From Rhodanobacteraceae bacterium (GTDB taxonomy: Bacteria > Pseudomonadota > Gammaproteobacteria > Xanthomonadales > Rhodanobacteraceae), in NCBI GenBank assembly GCA_035606235.1, contig DATNFU010000016.1, forward strand, positions 2,397-66,396: 64,000 bases of DNA. The letters are read 5' to 3'. Position numbers and translations under genes: made by a program. This document shows, one piece after another, positions 51,877 through 62,351 of the stretch (its first letter is position 1; each line of letters begins with the position of its first letter). Below the pieces are notes generated by a model, which worked only from the letters and a program-made list of their open reading frames with translations, was not told where the DNA came from and did no database searches.

Positions 51877-52958
51877 TGGTCGGCATGTCCGGTGGCGTGG
51901 ACTCCTCGGTGGCCGCACTGCTGCTGCAACGCGAGGACCATGCAGTCGCCGGCATGTTCATGCAGAACTGGGAAGACGAGGAGCCCGATTCCGGTTGCCG
52001 CGCAGACGAGGATCGCAAGGATGCGCTGGCGGTATGCGCGAAGCTCGGCATCCCATTTCATCCGCGCAACTTCGCGCGTGAATATCGCGAACGCGTGTTC
52101 GCGCATTTCCTTTCCGAATATCGCGCCGGGCGCACGCCCAATCCAGATGTACTCTGCAACCGCGAGATCAAGTTCCGCACCTTTCTGGACGCGGCGCGCG
52201 AACTCGGCGCCGAGAAGATCGCTACCGGCCACTACGCGCGCGTGGAGCACATGGATGGACGCTGGCGGTTGTTGCGCGCGGCAGACAGCGACAAGGATCA
52301 GACCTATTTCCTGCATGCGCTGGATCAGCAGCAACTCGGCGCCGCACTGTTTCCGCTGGGCGAGCTGCGCAAGGTTGAAGTGCGCGCGCTCGCGCGCGAG
52401 TCGGGTTTCGCCGTACATGCGAAGAGGGATTCCACCGGCATCTGTTTTATCGGCGAACGCGATTTCCGCGGGTTCCTTGCGAAATACCTGCCCGCACAGC
52501 CGGGCGAACTGCGCACGCCGGAAGGTGAAATTCTGGGCGTGCATCACGGCGCGATGTTCTACACACCCGGCCAGCGTGCGGGGCTGGGGCTGGGAGGGCG
52601 CGCGGGCGCGGGCAGCGCGCCGTGGTACGTGGTTGGCAAGGATGTGCCGTCGAATGTGGTGTATGTGGCGCAAGGCGCGGAGAATCGCTGGCTGATGTCG
52701 CAGCTGGTGCGCGCGGAACAGCCGCACTGGATTGCAGGCATCACCCCTGCCTTCCCTCTCGCTTGCAGTGCAATGACTCGCTACCGACAACCGCCGCAGA
52801 CCTGCCGCGTGATAGCAACCGGCGACGACATCGAAGTGCATTTCGATCTGCCGCAGCGTGCGGTCGCCCCCGGACAGTCGATAGTGTTCTATGCGGGCGA
52901 TGAGTGCCTGGGTGGTGGTGTAATCACAAGCACGGACGCGCCGGAGATCGCCGCATGA
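51867..52958 (+). CDS. mnmA: tRNA 2-thiouridine(34) synthase
   Basis: [18 protein letters not shown]-loop, [18 protein letters not shown], and ICFIGE catalytic Cys. Confidence 0.96.
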   Translation: MRVMVGMSGGVDSSVAALLLQREDHAVAGMFMQNWEDEEPDSGCRADEDRKDALAVCAKLGIPFHPRNFAREYRERVFAHFLSEYRAGRTPNPDVLCNREIKFRTFLDAARELGAEKIATGHYARVEHMDGRWRLLRAADSDKDQTYFLHALDQQQLGAALFPLGELRKVEVRALARESGFAVHAKRDSTGICFIGERDFRGFLAKYLPAQPGELRTPEGEILGVHHGAMFYTPGQRAGLGLGGRAGAGSAPWYVVGKDVPSNVVYVAQGAENRWLMSQLVRAEQPHWIAGITPAFPLACSAMTRYRQPPQTCRVIATGDDIEVHFDLPQRAVAPGQSIVFYAGDECLGGGVITSTDAPEIAA

Positions 52959-53578
52959 ACGAGGCGCGCGTCATCGCGCTTGCCGCCTTGTTCCAGGCCG
53001 CGAGTCTGGTGCGTTCGCTGGCGAGCGAAGGCGACTGCGATCCGGCGGAACTGGAAACCTGCGTGGCTTCCATCTTCAAGCTGGAGAGTGGCAGCGCGGC
53101 CGACGTCTACGGCGGCTTGGCCGGGGTGCGCGAAGGCTTGCGCGTGCTAATCGCGCAAATAGATGGCGGGCGGCGCAATCCCGTCCTGCTGCGCATGGTG
53201 TTTGCGATCCTGCGGCTGGAGCGTTCGCTGCATCGGCATCCTGCGGTGGTCACTTCGCTGCAGGAAGGGCTGCAGGGCATGCAGCGCCAGTTGGTGCACT
53301 TCGGGCCAACCCATCCGACCGTGCTGGCGCGCGCGGCGGATCTGTATGCGGAAAATCTTTCCAACCTGCGGCCGCGGGTGATGGTGATCGGCAATCCGCT
53401 GTACCTGCATCAACCCAATCAGGTACAACGCATCCGCGCGCTGTTGCTGGCCGCGGTGCGCGCTGCCGTGCTGTGGCGGCAACTCGGCGGGCGCCGCTGG
53501 CATCTGCTGCTGCGCCCACGCCGCGAAGCCATGCTTGCGCGCGGCATGCTCACGCGCACGATGCTGGATAATGGTTGA
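52955..53578 (+). CDS. hflD: High frequency of lysogenization protein HflD homologue
   Basis: 207 aa from [19 protein letters not shown]; ATGA overlap with the mnmA stop; conserved mnmA-hflD pairing. Confidence 0.8.
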   Translation: MNEARVIALAALFQAASLVRSLASEGDCDPAELETCVASIFKLESGSAADVYGGLAGVREGLRVLIAQIDGGRRNPVLLRMVFAILRLERSLHRHPAVVTSLQEGLQGMQRQLVHFGPTHPTVLARAADLYAENLSNLRPRVMVIGNPLYLHQPNQVQRIRALLLAAVRAAVLWRQLGGRRWHLLLRPRREAMLARGMLTRTMLDNG

Positions 53579-53586
53579 AGGCATAA

Positions 53587-53614
53587 TTGTAAAAATGGGT
53601 AAAGAGGGTATATT
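53587..53614 (+). promoter_or_regulatory. Candidate sigma-70 promoter of the TA pair (TTGTAA - 16 nt - TATATT)
   Basis: Near-consensus hexamers in an AT-rich 62-bp spacer, 27 nt upstream of ATG 53641. Confidence 0.55.
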
Positions 53615-53640
53615 GGCCTTATCTTTGACGAGTCCCTGAC

Positions 53641-53988
53641 ATGTCCGTCCTCCACAAGCTCGATGCCCTGCCCCGCACACCGGCTTCCGACCTCAAGAAG
53701 CTGGGTTGGCGCGGCGTGATGAAATCGGTTGACCGCGAAGGCAAGGTGGTGGTCACCAACCACAATGAACCCGAGGCGGTCATCCTTTCGATGAACGAAT
53801 ACAACGCCATCGCCCTTGCCCTGGAAAAAGCCGAATCGAAAAAGGCTTCGGCGCTCGATGTGCTTCGCCAGCGCTTCGATGAGCGGCTGGCGTCCTTGCA
53901 GTCGGCAAATGCCGGAGACCGCCTGCGCGCGGCGATGCGTAGCCGCGCGAAGCTCGGCGGCAAGCTCAAGGCTGCGAAACGTTATTGA
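53641..53988 (+). CDS. Phd/YefM-type antitoxin-like protein with a long basic helical C-terminal tail
   Basis: 115 aa; KVVVTNHNEPEAVILSMNEYNAI resembles the Phd/YefM core. Its stop overlaps the start of the next ORF (ATGA). Confidence 0.7.
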   Translation: MSVLHKLDALPRTPASDLKKLGWRGVMKSVDREGKVVVTNHNEPEAVILSMNEYNAIALALEKAESKKASALDVLRQRFDERLASLQSANAGDRLRAAMRSRAKLGGKLKAAKRY

Positions 53989-54620
53989 TGGAGCGCCCCA
54001 TCCTTTATGTCCTTGCCGGCGTCAACGGCGCGGGCAAGAGTTCGGTAGGCGGCCATCTTCTGGAACAAGCTGGCTCAACCTGGTTCAACCCCGATGTCTT
54101 TGCGCGCGAACTTTTTGCCGAAATCGGATGCGACCAGACGGAAGCCAATGCGCTTGCCTGGCAGGAAGGCGTGCGCCGGCTAGACGAAGCGCTGGCCCAA
54201 GGGCATAGCTATGCTTTTGAAACCACGCTCGGTGGCCGCACCATCCCGGCAAAGATTGAACAAGCCAGTCGAACGCACGACGTGCTGATGTGGTTCTGCG
54301 GCCTGTCTTCGCCAGAATTGCATATTGCGCGGGTGAAGGCGCGCGTGGCCGCGGGTGGCCACGACATTCCCGAAGCGAAGATTCGCGAGCGCTACACGCC
54401 GGCACTCGAGAATCTGATCAAGCTGATGCAGCACTCGTCCCATTTGCAGGTGTACGACAACAGCGCCCAAGCCGCACCGGGAAAGCCCATTGCCGATCCC
54501 TTGCTCATTTTGGAAATGCGGCTCGGCAAATTGCTCTGGCCGACAGGCATCAAGTCACTGCGCCAAACACCGGAATGGGCGAAGCCCCTGCTGGAAGCAG
54601 CGTTATCGTCGCGTGCTTAA
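53985..54620 (+). CDS. Zeta-toxin / COG4185-like P-loop kinase (putative toxin)
   Basis: 211 aa; Walker A LAGVNGAGKSS, WFNPDVF, YAFETTLGG, about 200 aa in size, and translational coupling to a small antitoxin-like ORF. Confidence 0.7.
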   Translation: MMERPILYVLAGVNGAGKSSVGGHLLEQAGSTWFNPDVFARELFAEIGCDQTEANALAWQEGVRRLDEALAQGHSYAFETTLGGRTIPAKIEQASRTHDVLMWFCGLSSPELHIARVKARVAAGGHDIPEAKIRERYTPALENLIKLMQHSSHLQVYDNSAQAAPGKPIADPLLILEMRLGKLLWPTGIKSLRQTPEWAKPLLEAALSSRA

Positions 54621-54632
54621 TATCCGAAGCCA

Positions 54633-55127
54633 TCACGGCACCGGCCGCAAAACCTTCGCTGCGGCGGTTTTGATTGCATCATCCAAAGTGTGCCATTGCT
54701 TGCCGATTTGACACTCGTAGACATCCCAAACGCGCTGCTGGCCGTCTTTTATCATCGTGATTTGACTACTGGGCGCGTCCGGGATTACGGCGGGACACTG
54801 TGCCCCGTTCACGTCGCGGGATCGGGCCGAGAGCATGGCGCGCAAGGCCGATTCGAGTGGCTTGAAGTCTGCTTTTGTGAGGCGACCCGCTTTCACTTCG
54901 GCGCCCCCGGTTGGAAACGGATCGTAAACGATTTCAATGACGCTTCCGTCTGCACGAATTTGTATAGAGCGGGAAAACACGGGCATCGCGCCCGCTGTGC
55001 TGGCCGTCAACAGATCGAACTGCCGGGTCATCGCACCACCGCTCCGCGCCGGGGTTCGGGCGACATCCGGTGTTGTGCATCCCGCAAGCATGATCCCGAT
55101 TAAAACCGCAGCCAGAATGCCTCGCAT
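54633..55127 (-). CDS. Hypothetical lipoprotein (no family recognised)
   Basis: Signal and lipobox MRGILAAVLIGIMLAGC; 164 aa; visibly lower GC than neighbouring core genes. Confidence 0.55.
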   Translation of the reverse strand: MRGILAAVLIGIMLAGCTTPDVARTPARSGGAMTRQFDLLTASTAGAMPVFSRSIQIRADGSVIEIVYDPFPTGGAEVKAGRLTKADFKPLESALRAMLSARSRDVNGAQCPAVIPDAPSSQITMIKDGQQRVWDVYECQIGKQWHTLDDAIKTAAAKVLRPVP

Positions 55128-55227
55128 GCTTTCTCCTTGGCTTGATGGAATGCAGCGAATCGTGTGTTGTCGAAAGGCTGTGCCGGATTCATTTCACTGC
55201 ATCACCGGGACCGGTGTAGTCCACCGC

Positions 55228-57027
55228 TCAATTTCCCCCGCGGAAACTGCGCTCGCGAACCTTTTCCTCATCGTGATAATGCGTGTACGGTTTCAGCAAG
55301 TCGTAACGGGTGACCATGCCGAGCAGCGTGCGGCGGTCGGCATCCACCACCGGAATCCGCTCCAATTTTTCGACGGCCGCGCGGATCGCCACGCTCTGGC
55401 AGCTCTCGTCGGGGAACGCCACCACCGGCTCGTTGTGCATGGCTTCGGCCAGGGTCTTGGTACCCGACGGGTCGTCCTCGCGCAACCGCAGCAGTTCCTG
55501 GCGGGTGATTACGTTGAGCAACGCGCCACCGGAATCCAGCACCGGGAAGGCGCGGTATTTCTGATCGGCGCCGAAATAACGCTCGGCGGTTTCGCGCAGG
55601 GTCAAGTCGCCGCTGATCGTCATCATCTGCGTGCTCATCACATCTTTCACCGGTGTCAGTTCCAGCCGGTTGACCGAGTACTCGCGGAAAATCGAAAACC
55701 CGCGTCGCGCGACCTTCTCGGTGAGTATCGAGCGCTTCATCAGGAACACGCTGACGGCATATGCAGTGATGCAGGCGATCAGCAACGCCGGCAGCGCGCT
55801 GGCGTTGCGAGTGAGCTCCAGCGCGAACAGGATCGCGGTGAATGGCATGCGCATCATGCCGGCCAGGATCGCGCACATCCCCAGCAGCGGCCACAGCAGC
55901 GGAGCGTTGCCGGGGAAAATCATCGCCTCCAGCCCGCCCAGCCCCGCGCCCAGCGCCAACAGCGGTGCCAGCACGCCGCCGGAGGTGCCCGAACCCAGGT
56001 AGACGATCCACATCAGCGATTTGACGACCATGAAAACCAGGATCGCGATGCCGACCAGACGTCCGGTCAGCAACTTGTCGATGACGTCGTAACCCACACC
56101 CAGCGCCTGCGGCTCGAACACACCGCCGATGCCTACCGCGAGCGCGCCGAGCGCCGGCCACCACATCCAGTGGATCGGCAGTTTGTGGAAACTGTCCTCG
56201 GCGAAATACACCGCCGAAGTGATCGCGGTGGCGAACACTCCGGCGAACAGGCCACACACCGCGGCAAATCCGAGCACCAGCGGATGAATCTGGAACTGCA
56301 CGTGCAGCGGGAACAACGGCCCCGGCCCGATCAGATATGGCCGTAACGCGTCCGCGACGAAACACGCGATGGCCACGGGAATGGTGCTGCGCGGACGCCA
56401 TTCGAACAACAGCAGTTCGACCGCAACCAACGTTGCCGCGATCGGCGTGGCGAAAGTCGCCGCCATGCCCGCGCACGCACCCGCCACCAGCAGCACGCGC
56501 CGTTCCATCGACGTGAGATAGAACGCCTGCCCGACCAGCGAGCCGATCGCGCCGCCGGTCATGATGATCGGGCCTTCCGCGCCAAACGGGCCGCCGGTGC
56601 CGATCGCGATCGCCGCGGAGATCGGCTTCAGGATCGCAACCTTGAACATCATCCTGCTTTGCCGGAACAGGATTGCTTCGAGCGCTTCGGGGATGCCGTG
56701 GCCGCGGATACGATCGGTGCCATAGCGCGCCATAAGGCCGATCAGCAGACCACCGATGATCGGCGCGGCGATGATCACCCACAGGGGCGCGTGCAATGAC
56801 GCGGGCGAGACAAAGGCGAACGACCACTGGCCGGCAAAGGCGATGTGCGTCACCAGCCCGATTGCGCGATACAGCAACCAGGCCACGACGGCCGCCGCCG
56901 CGCCGATGAAGATCGCGATGAAGGACAACTTGAGGATGCTGACGCTGGGACGAAAGTCGCTCTCGGTAAGGGTGCCGATCTTCCACTGCTCGTAGCGGCG
57001 ACGGAAGAAAAGGGCGAGGGCTGACAT
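55228..57027 (-). CDS. ClC-family chloride channel/antiporter with C-terminal CBS pair
   Basis: GIPE, GGPFGAEGP and GVLAP selectivity-type motifs, about 10 or more TM helices, and a CBS-like C-terminus. Start chosen at MSALALFF; the track ORF runs to 57246. Confidence 0.88.
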   Translation of the reverse strand: MSALALFFRRRYEQWKIGTLTESDFRPSVSILKLSFIAIFIGAAAAVVAWLLYRAIGLVTHIAFAGQWSFAFVSPASLHAPLWVIIAAPIIGGLLIGLMARYGTDRIRGHGIPEALEAILFRQSRMMFKVAILKPISAAIAIGTGGPFGAEGPIIMTGGAIGSLVGQAFYLTSMERRVLLVAGACAGMAATFATPIAATLVAVELLLFEWRPRSTIPVAIACFVADALRPYLIGPGPLFPLHVQFQIHPLVLGFAAVCGLFAGVFATAITSAVYFAEDSFHKLPIHWMWWPALGALAVGIGGVFEPQALGVGYDVIDKLLTGRLVGIAILVFMVVKSLMWIVYLGSGTSGGVLAPLLALGAGLGGLEAMIFPGNAPLLWPLLGMCAILAGMMRMPFTAILFALELTRNASALPALLIACITAYAVSVFLMKRSILTEKVARRGFSIFREYSVNRLELTPVKDVMSTQMMTISGDLTLRETAERYFGADQKYRAFPVLDSGGALLNVITRQELLRLREDDPSGTKTLAEAMHNEPVVAFPDESCQSVAIRAAVEKLERIPVVDADRRTLLGMVTRYDLLKPYTHYHDEEKVRERSFRGGN

Positions 57028-57211
57028 GCATCTCAATGTAGCGAGCGCCGGAGCGAAACGCCAACGCCGCGCCTTGAGCGCCATTGCAGGTAGCGTGAAA
57101 CGGGTCTCAACTCGCGTGAAAAGAGGGTTTGCGCGATAATTGCTGGCTGACTTTTCCAGCTTTCGAGGGATGGCCATCCTTCGAAGCATCGCCGCGACCA
57201 GGAGAATACGC

Positions 57212-59959
57212 GTGAAAGACACATTCGGCGTCCGCGACACCCTCAACGTCGGCGGCAGGAGCTACCGGATCGCCAGCCTCGCCAGGCTGGGACAGCGGTT
57301 CGATCTGTCGCGACTGCCCTACTCGATGAAGGTGCTGCTGGAATGCCTGCTGCGTCAGGAAGACGGCGTGGACGTCACCCGCGCGCAGATCGAGGCAGTG
57401 GCGAACTGGGATCCGAAAGCCGAGCCCGATACCGAAATCTCGTTCCTGCCCGCGCGCGTGGTGTTGCAGGATTTCACCGGCGTTCCGTGCGTGGTGGATC
57501 TGGCCGCGATGCGCGACGCGATGGTTGCGCTTGGCGGCGATCCGAAAAAGATCAATCCACTCTCGCCGGTGGAACTGGTGATCGACCATTCCGTGCAGGT
57601 GGACGTTTACGGCGAGGCCGACGCACTGGACGAGAACGCGCGCATCGAATTCGAACGCAATCACGAGCGTTACGCATTCCTGCGCTGGGGCCAGAAGGCG
57701 TTCGACGATTTCAAGGTGGTGCCGCCTTCGACCGGCATCGTGCATCAGGTGAATCTGGAATACCTCTCGCGGGTGGTGATGACGCGCGAACTCGATGGCG
57801 GCACCTGGGCGTTCCCCGACACTTTGTTCGGCACCGACTCCCACACCACGATGGTGAACGGTCTCGGCGTGCTCGGTTGGGGCGTCGGCGGCATCGAGGC
57901 GGAAGCGGCGATGCTCGGCCAGCCTTCCTCGATGCTGGTTCCGCAGGTGGTCGGTGTCCGCCTCACCGGCAAACTGCCGGAAGGCGGGACCGCCACCGAC
58001 CTGGTGCTGACCGTCACCCAGATGCTGCGCAAGCATGGCGTGGTGGGCAAATTCGTGGAGTTCTTCGGACCCGGCCTGCAACACCTGCCGGTGGCAGACC
58101 GGGCCACGCTCGGCAATATGTCGCCCGAATACGGCGCGACCTGTGCGATCAGCCCGATCGATCAGGAATCGATCAATTACCTGCGCTTGTCCGGACGCGA
58201 TCCTCGCCATATCGAACTGATCGAGGCTTATGCCAAGGCGCAAGGCTTGTGGCATGACGAGAATTCCGCGCAAGCCCAGTTCAGCTCCGTGCTGGAACTT
58301 GACCTTGCCAGCATCAAACCCTCGCTGGCCGGCCCCAAGCGCCCGCAGGACCGCGTGCTGTTGACCGACATGCGCGCCAGCTACCGCAATGCCATGGAAG
58401 CCCTTGGCGGTACCAGAAAGGCCACCGGCAACGGCGCAATGGAACGCTTCCTCGATGAAGGCGGCAGTACCGCGGTCGGTCGTGAAGCCAGCCAGCTCGA
58501 AACCTCGCCCGATGCCTGCTCCGAAGGCGTGCACTGCACGCTCGAGGATGGCTCCGTGGTGATCGCAGCCATCACCTCGTGCACCAATACGTCCAACCCC
58601 GCCGTGATGATCGGCGCCGGCCTGCTGGCCCGCAAGGCAGCCCAGCGCGGCTTGCAGGCCAAGCCGTGGGTGAAAACTTCGCTGGCGCCCGGATCGAAAG
58701 TGGTCACCGATTACTTCGAGAAAACCGGTTTGACGCAGGATCTGCAAAAGCTCGGCTTCTACCTGGTCGGTTACGGCTGCACCACCTGCATCGGCAATTC
58801 CGGGCCGCTGCCCGAGGACATCAGCAAAAAAATCGGCGAAGACGATCTCGCCGTGGCCGCGGTGCTATCGGGCAACCGCAACTTCGAAGGCCGCATCCAT
58901 TCCGAGGTGAAGATGAACTATCTCGCCTCACCGCCATTGGTGGTTGCGTTCGCGATCGCCGGCACCATCGACATCGACATGTCCAGAGAGCCGCTCGGCA
59001 AGGGCAGCGACGGCAAGGACGTCTACTTGAAAGACATCTGGCCGACCAACAAGGAAATCGCCGACCTCGTGACCAGCTCCGTCACGGCCGAGATGTTTGA
59101 AAATACCTACGCCAACGTATTCAAGGGCAGCAAAGCCTGGAACATGGTCGCGGTACCGGAAGGCAATCAGTACGCATGGGACGAGGCTTCCACCTACATC
59201 AAGAATCCGCCGTACTTCGAAGGCATGCCGCGCGAACCGCAACCGACTTCCGACATCTCCGGCGCACGTTGCCTGGCATTGTTCGGCGATTCCATCACCA
59301 CCGACCACATCTCGCCGGCCGGCGCCATCAAGAAGGATTCGCCGGCAGGCAAATACCTGATGGCGCGCGGGGTGGAGCCGAAGGATTTCAACTCCTACGG
59401 CTCCCGGCGCGGCAACGATGACGTGATGGTGCGCGGCACGTTTGCCAACATCCGCATCAAGAACAGGATGCTCGAAAATGTCGAGGGCGGCTTTACCGCA
59501 TACGCGCCCACGGCCACGCAGATGCCGATCTACGATGCGGCAATGAAATACAAGCAGGATGGCACGCCGCTGCTGGTGATTGCCGGCAAGGAATACGGCA
59601 CTGGCTCCTCGCGCGACTGGGCGGCAAAAGGCACGCTGCTGCTGGGCGTGAAAGCCGTGATCGCCGAAAGCTTCGAGCGCATCCATCGCTCGAATCTCGT
59701 CGGCATGGGCGTGCTGCCGCTGATGTTCATGGAGGGTGAGAGCGCGCAGACTTTGGGTCTGACCGGCAAGGAAGTTTTCTCGATCAGCGGGCTGGATAGC
59801 GGCAACGCGCGCGTGGCGCAGGTCACCGCCAAGGACGGCGGCGGCGAAAAAACCTTCAAGGTCCACGTGATGCTGCTGACGCCGAAGGAACGCGAGTTCT
59901 ACCGGCATGGCGGCATCCTGCAGTACGTGCTGCGCGATCTGGCCCGCAAAGCGGCGTAA
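57212..59959 (+). CDS. acnA: Aconitate hydratase AcnA
   Basis: 915 aa from a GTG preceded by AGGAGA; [27 protein letters not shown] cluster cysteines, and C-terminal GGILQYVLR. Confidence 0.96.
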   Translation: MKDTFGVRDTLNVGGRSYRIASLARLGQRFDLSRLPYSMKVLLECLLRQEDGVDVTRAQIEAVANWDPKAEPDTEISFLPARVVLQDFTGVPCVVDLAAMRDAMVALGGDPKKINPLSPVELVIDHSVQVDVYGEADALDENARIEFERNHERYAFLRWGQKAFDDFKVVPPSTGIVHQVNLEYLSRVVMTRELDGGTWAFPDTLFGTDSHTTMVNGLGVLGWGVGGIEAEAAMLGQPSSMLVPQVVGVRLTGKLPEGGTATDLVLTVTQMLRKHGVVGKFVEFFGPGLQHLPVADRATLGNMSPEYGATCAISPIDQESINYLRLSGRDPRHIELIEAYAKAQGLWHDENSAQAQFSSVLELDLASIKPSLAGPKRPQDRVLLTDMRASYRNAMEALGGTRKATGNGAMERFLDEGGSTAVGREASQLETSPDACSEGVHCTLEDGSVVIAAITSCTNTSNPAVMIGAGLLARKAAQRGLQAKPWVKTSLAPGSKVVTDYFEKTGLTQDLQKLGFYLVGYGCTTCIGNSGPLPEDISKKIGEDDLAVAAVLSGNRNFEGRIHSEVKMNYLASPPLVVAFAIAGTIDIDMSREPLGKGSDGKDVYLKDIWPTNKEIADLVTSSVTAEMFENTYANVFKGSKAWNMVAVPEGNQYAWDEASTYIKNPPYFEGMPREPQPTSDISGARCLALFGDSITTDHISPAGAIKKDSPAGKYLMARGVEPKDFNSYGSRRGNDDVMVRGTFANIRIKNRMLENVEGGFTAYAPTATQMPIYDAAMKYKQDGTPLLVIAGKEYGTGSSRDWAAKGTLLLGVKAVIAESFERIHRSNLVGMGVLPLMFMEGESAQTLGLTGKEVFSISGLDSGNARVAQVTAKDGGGEKTFKVHVMLLTPKEREFYRHGGILQYVLRDLARKAA

Positions 59960-59989
59960 TTGCGTCTCACGCGCAAGCCCGTTGCCGAC

Positions 59990-60019
59990 ATTCCGGATGC
60001 CGCGCGCGGCGTCCGGAAT
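59990..60019. terminator. GC-rich palindrome after the acnA stop (REP-like, possible terminator)
   Basis: ATTCCGGATGCCGCG / CGCGGCGTCCGGAAT inverted arms; no strong U-tract. Confidence 0.45.
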
Positions 60020-60075
60020 TCGGTGCAGACCGGAACCCGCATGCGTTGCGCGCGGGATTGCAACGACGCATCGCG

Positions 60076-60546
60076 TCAGGGTGCGCGGCTCGACCAGGTT
60101 GCGGAATAGCAGCGCCAATGACTGCCTTCGCGCCGCCACGCCGTGCTCATCGCATACACATTCGCCTGATCCGGCAACAGGCTGTCGGGCTTGCCTCCGG
60201 TGAGCGTCAGGCTGAAATTGGCGATCAGGCGCTGGCCTTGCGATTCGATCGAAATGGGTCCGATCAGCACGCCCGTACTGTCCTGCCGCAGCGCGCGCAA
60301 TGCCAGCAACTGATGCAAGCCGCGCCGGTCCAGATCGCCGTCGTTGCCGATGAAGTCCTTGCTGACCTGCGCCAGCACGCCGTCCGGGTCGTTGCCGCGC
60401 GCGGCATCTGCCGCGCTTGCGATCGCCTGCCGCACCTGCTGCTCATCCGGCGTGCGGTGGCAGCCGGAGATCAACGACAGCAACAGCAGCACACATGCGA
60501 GCACGGCAGCACCACGGGCGCGATGCACACCTTCGAATCGCCGCAT
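60076..60546 (-). CDS. Hypothetical lipoprotein
   Basis: Lipobox LSLISGC after MRRFEGVHRARGAAVLACVLLLL; 156 aa. Confidence 0.55.
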   Translation of the reverse strand: MRRFEGVHRARGAAVLACVLLLLSLISGCHRTPDEQQVRQAIASAADAARGNDPDGVLAQVSKDFIGNDGDLDRRGLHQLLALRALRQDSTGVLIGPISIESQGQRLIANFSLTLTGGKPDSLLPDQANVYAMSTAWRREGSHWRCYSATWSSRAP

Positions 60547-60650
60547 ATGACGCCCCTCCCCGTGCTCGCTGCATTGCAGCTTGCCATTTTTCCTGCGCAT
60601 GCTCCAATCGCGCGGATCAGCACCGCAGGCGCAATGCGCCGGGGAACCCG

Positions 60651-62351
60651 ATGAGCATCAGCAGCGAACGTCCGTGGCTCGCCAGTTACCCGCCGGGTAT
60701 CCCCGAAGAGATCAACGCGCAAGTCTATCCCTCGCTGGTGGCAATGTTCGAGGAAACCTGCGCGCGCTTTCCGCAGCGCCCGGCGTATTCGAGCTTCGGC
60801 ACCTCCATGAGCTACGCCGAACTGGACAAACTGAGCGCGCGCTTCGCGGCGTGGCTGTGCGGCGAACTGAAGCTCGGCAAGGGCGATCGCGTCGCAATCA
60901 TGATGCCGAACCTCTTGCAGTATCCGGTTGCGCTCTTCGGCACGCTGCGCGCCGGCTGCACGGTGGTCAACGTCAATCCGCTCTACACCGCGCGTGAACT
61001 GGAACACCAACTGCACGATTCGGGCGCGAAGGCGATCGTTGTGCTGGAGAATTTCGCCGCCACCCTCGCCGCCGTGCGCCAGCAGACGCCGGTCGAAACC
61101 GTGGTGGTCACTTCGATCGGGGATCTGCTCGGCTTTCCGAAGGGCCCGCTGATGAGCCTGGCGGTAAAGCACCTGAAGAAGATGGTGCCGCACTGGGACA
61201 TTCCCGATCATCTGTGCTTCAACGACGTGCTGAAGCGCGGCGCCGCGTTGCCGGCGCCAAAAATCGCGCTCGACCACGACGATCTCGCGTTCCTGCAATA
61301 CACCGGCGGTACCACCGGCGTGGCCAAGGGCGCGATGCTGAGCCACGGCAACCTGGTGGCGAACACGCTGCAACTCGCGGCGTGGGTCGGTGATCTGTTC
61401 ACCCAGGGCGAAGAAAAGATCATCACGGCGTTACCGCTGTATCACATCTTCTCGCTGACGGTGAACGCACTGTTCATGATGCACTTCGGTGGCGAGAACA
61501 TCCTGATCGTCAACCCCCGCGACATTCCGGCATTCGTCAAGGTGTTGAAGAAGAATCGCTGGAGCGCGATCAGCGGCGTCAACACGTTGTTCAATGCGCT
61601 GACGCACTGCCCGGATCTTTCGCACGCGGATTTCGCCCACGCCAAGTTCGCGCTGGCCGGCGGCATGGCCGTGCAGCGCGCGGTGGCGGAGCGCTGGAAG
61701 CAGCTCGCCGGCATCCCGCTGATCGAGGGTTACGGCCTCACCGAGACCTCGCCGGTCGCGACCGCCAATCCGCTCGACCTCAAGGAGTACTCCGGCTCCA
61801 TCGGCATGCCGCTGCCTTCCACCGATCTGAAATTGATCGACGACGCGGGCAACGAAGTCGCGCGCGGCGAAAGCGGGGAACTGTGCGTGCGCGGCCCGCA
61901 GGTGATGAAGGGTTACTGGAACCGTGCGGATGAAACCGCCAAGGTGCTGGACGCCGAAGGCTGGCTGCGCACCGGCGACATCGCGCGCATGGACGAGCGC
62001 GGCTTCTTCTATATCGTCGATCGCAAGAAGGACATGATCCTGGTGTCCGGCTTCAACGTGTACCCGAATGAAATCGAGGATGTCGTCGCGCGCCATCCTG
62101 GCGTGCTGGAAGTCGCCGCGATCGGCGTGCCGGACGAACACTCCGGCGAAGTCGTCAAGCTGTTCGTGGTGAAGAAGGATCCGGCGCTGACCGAAGCCGC
62201 GTTGAAACAGTACTGCCACGACGAGCTGACCGGCTACAAGCGGCCGAAGTACATCGAATTCCGCGATTCGCTCCCGAAGAGCAATGTGGGCAAGATATTG
62301 CGCCGCACATTGCGGGACGAGGAGAAAGCGCATGCCCAAGCTGGAGCTTGA
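60651..62351 (+). CDS. fadD: Long-chain-fatty-acid--CoA ligase
   Basis: 566 aa from MSISSERPWLASYPPGIPEEI; AMP-binding YTGGTTGVAKGA, GYGLTETSP, and FYIVDRKKDMILVSGFNVYPNEIE. Confidence 0.93.
   Translation: MSISSERPWLASYPPGIPEEINAQVYPSLVAMFEETCARFPQRPAYSSFGTSMSYAELDKLSARFAAWLCGELKLGKGDRVAIMMPNLLQYPVALFGTLRAGCTVVNVNPLYTARELEHQLHDSGAKAIVVLENFAATLAAVRQQTPVETVVVTSIGDLLGFPKGPLMSLAVKHLKKMVPHWDIPDHLCFNDVLKRGAALPAPKIALDHDDLAFLQYTGGTTGVAKGAMLSHGNLVANTLQLAAWVGDLFTQGEEKIITALPLYHIFSLTVNALFMMHFGGENILIVNPRDIPAFVKVLKKNRWSAISGVNTLFNALTHCPDLSHADFAHAKFALAGGMAVQRAVAERWKQLAGIPLIEGYGLTETSPVATANPLDLKEYSGSIGMPLPSTDLKLIDDAGNEVARGESGELCVRGPQVMKGYWNRADETAKVLDAEGWLRTGDIARMDERGFFYIVDRKKDMILVSGFNVYPNEIEDVVARHPGVLEVAAIGVPDEHSGEVVKLFVVKKDPALTEAALKQYCHDELTGYKRPKYIEFRDSLPKSNVGKILRRTLRDEEKAHAQAGA

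Noticed and set aside
57135-57143. GATAATTGC as a Fur box upstream of acnA
   Set aside because: Only one partial hexamer of the 19-bp GATAATGATAATCATTATC consensus is present, which is not enough to call.
57107-58747. 546-aa minus-strand ORF antisense to acnA
   Set aside because: It is a shadow ORF; the aconitase cluster-binding motifs are on the plus strand.
62332-62351. 20-nt overlap between the fadD 3' end and the cupin gene as a sign of programmed coupling
   Set aside because: Short overlaps are common in GC-rich operons. The cupin start is not certain, and there is no slippery sequence or other special signal.
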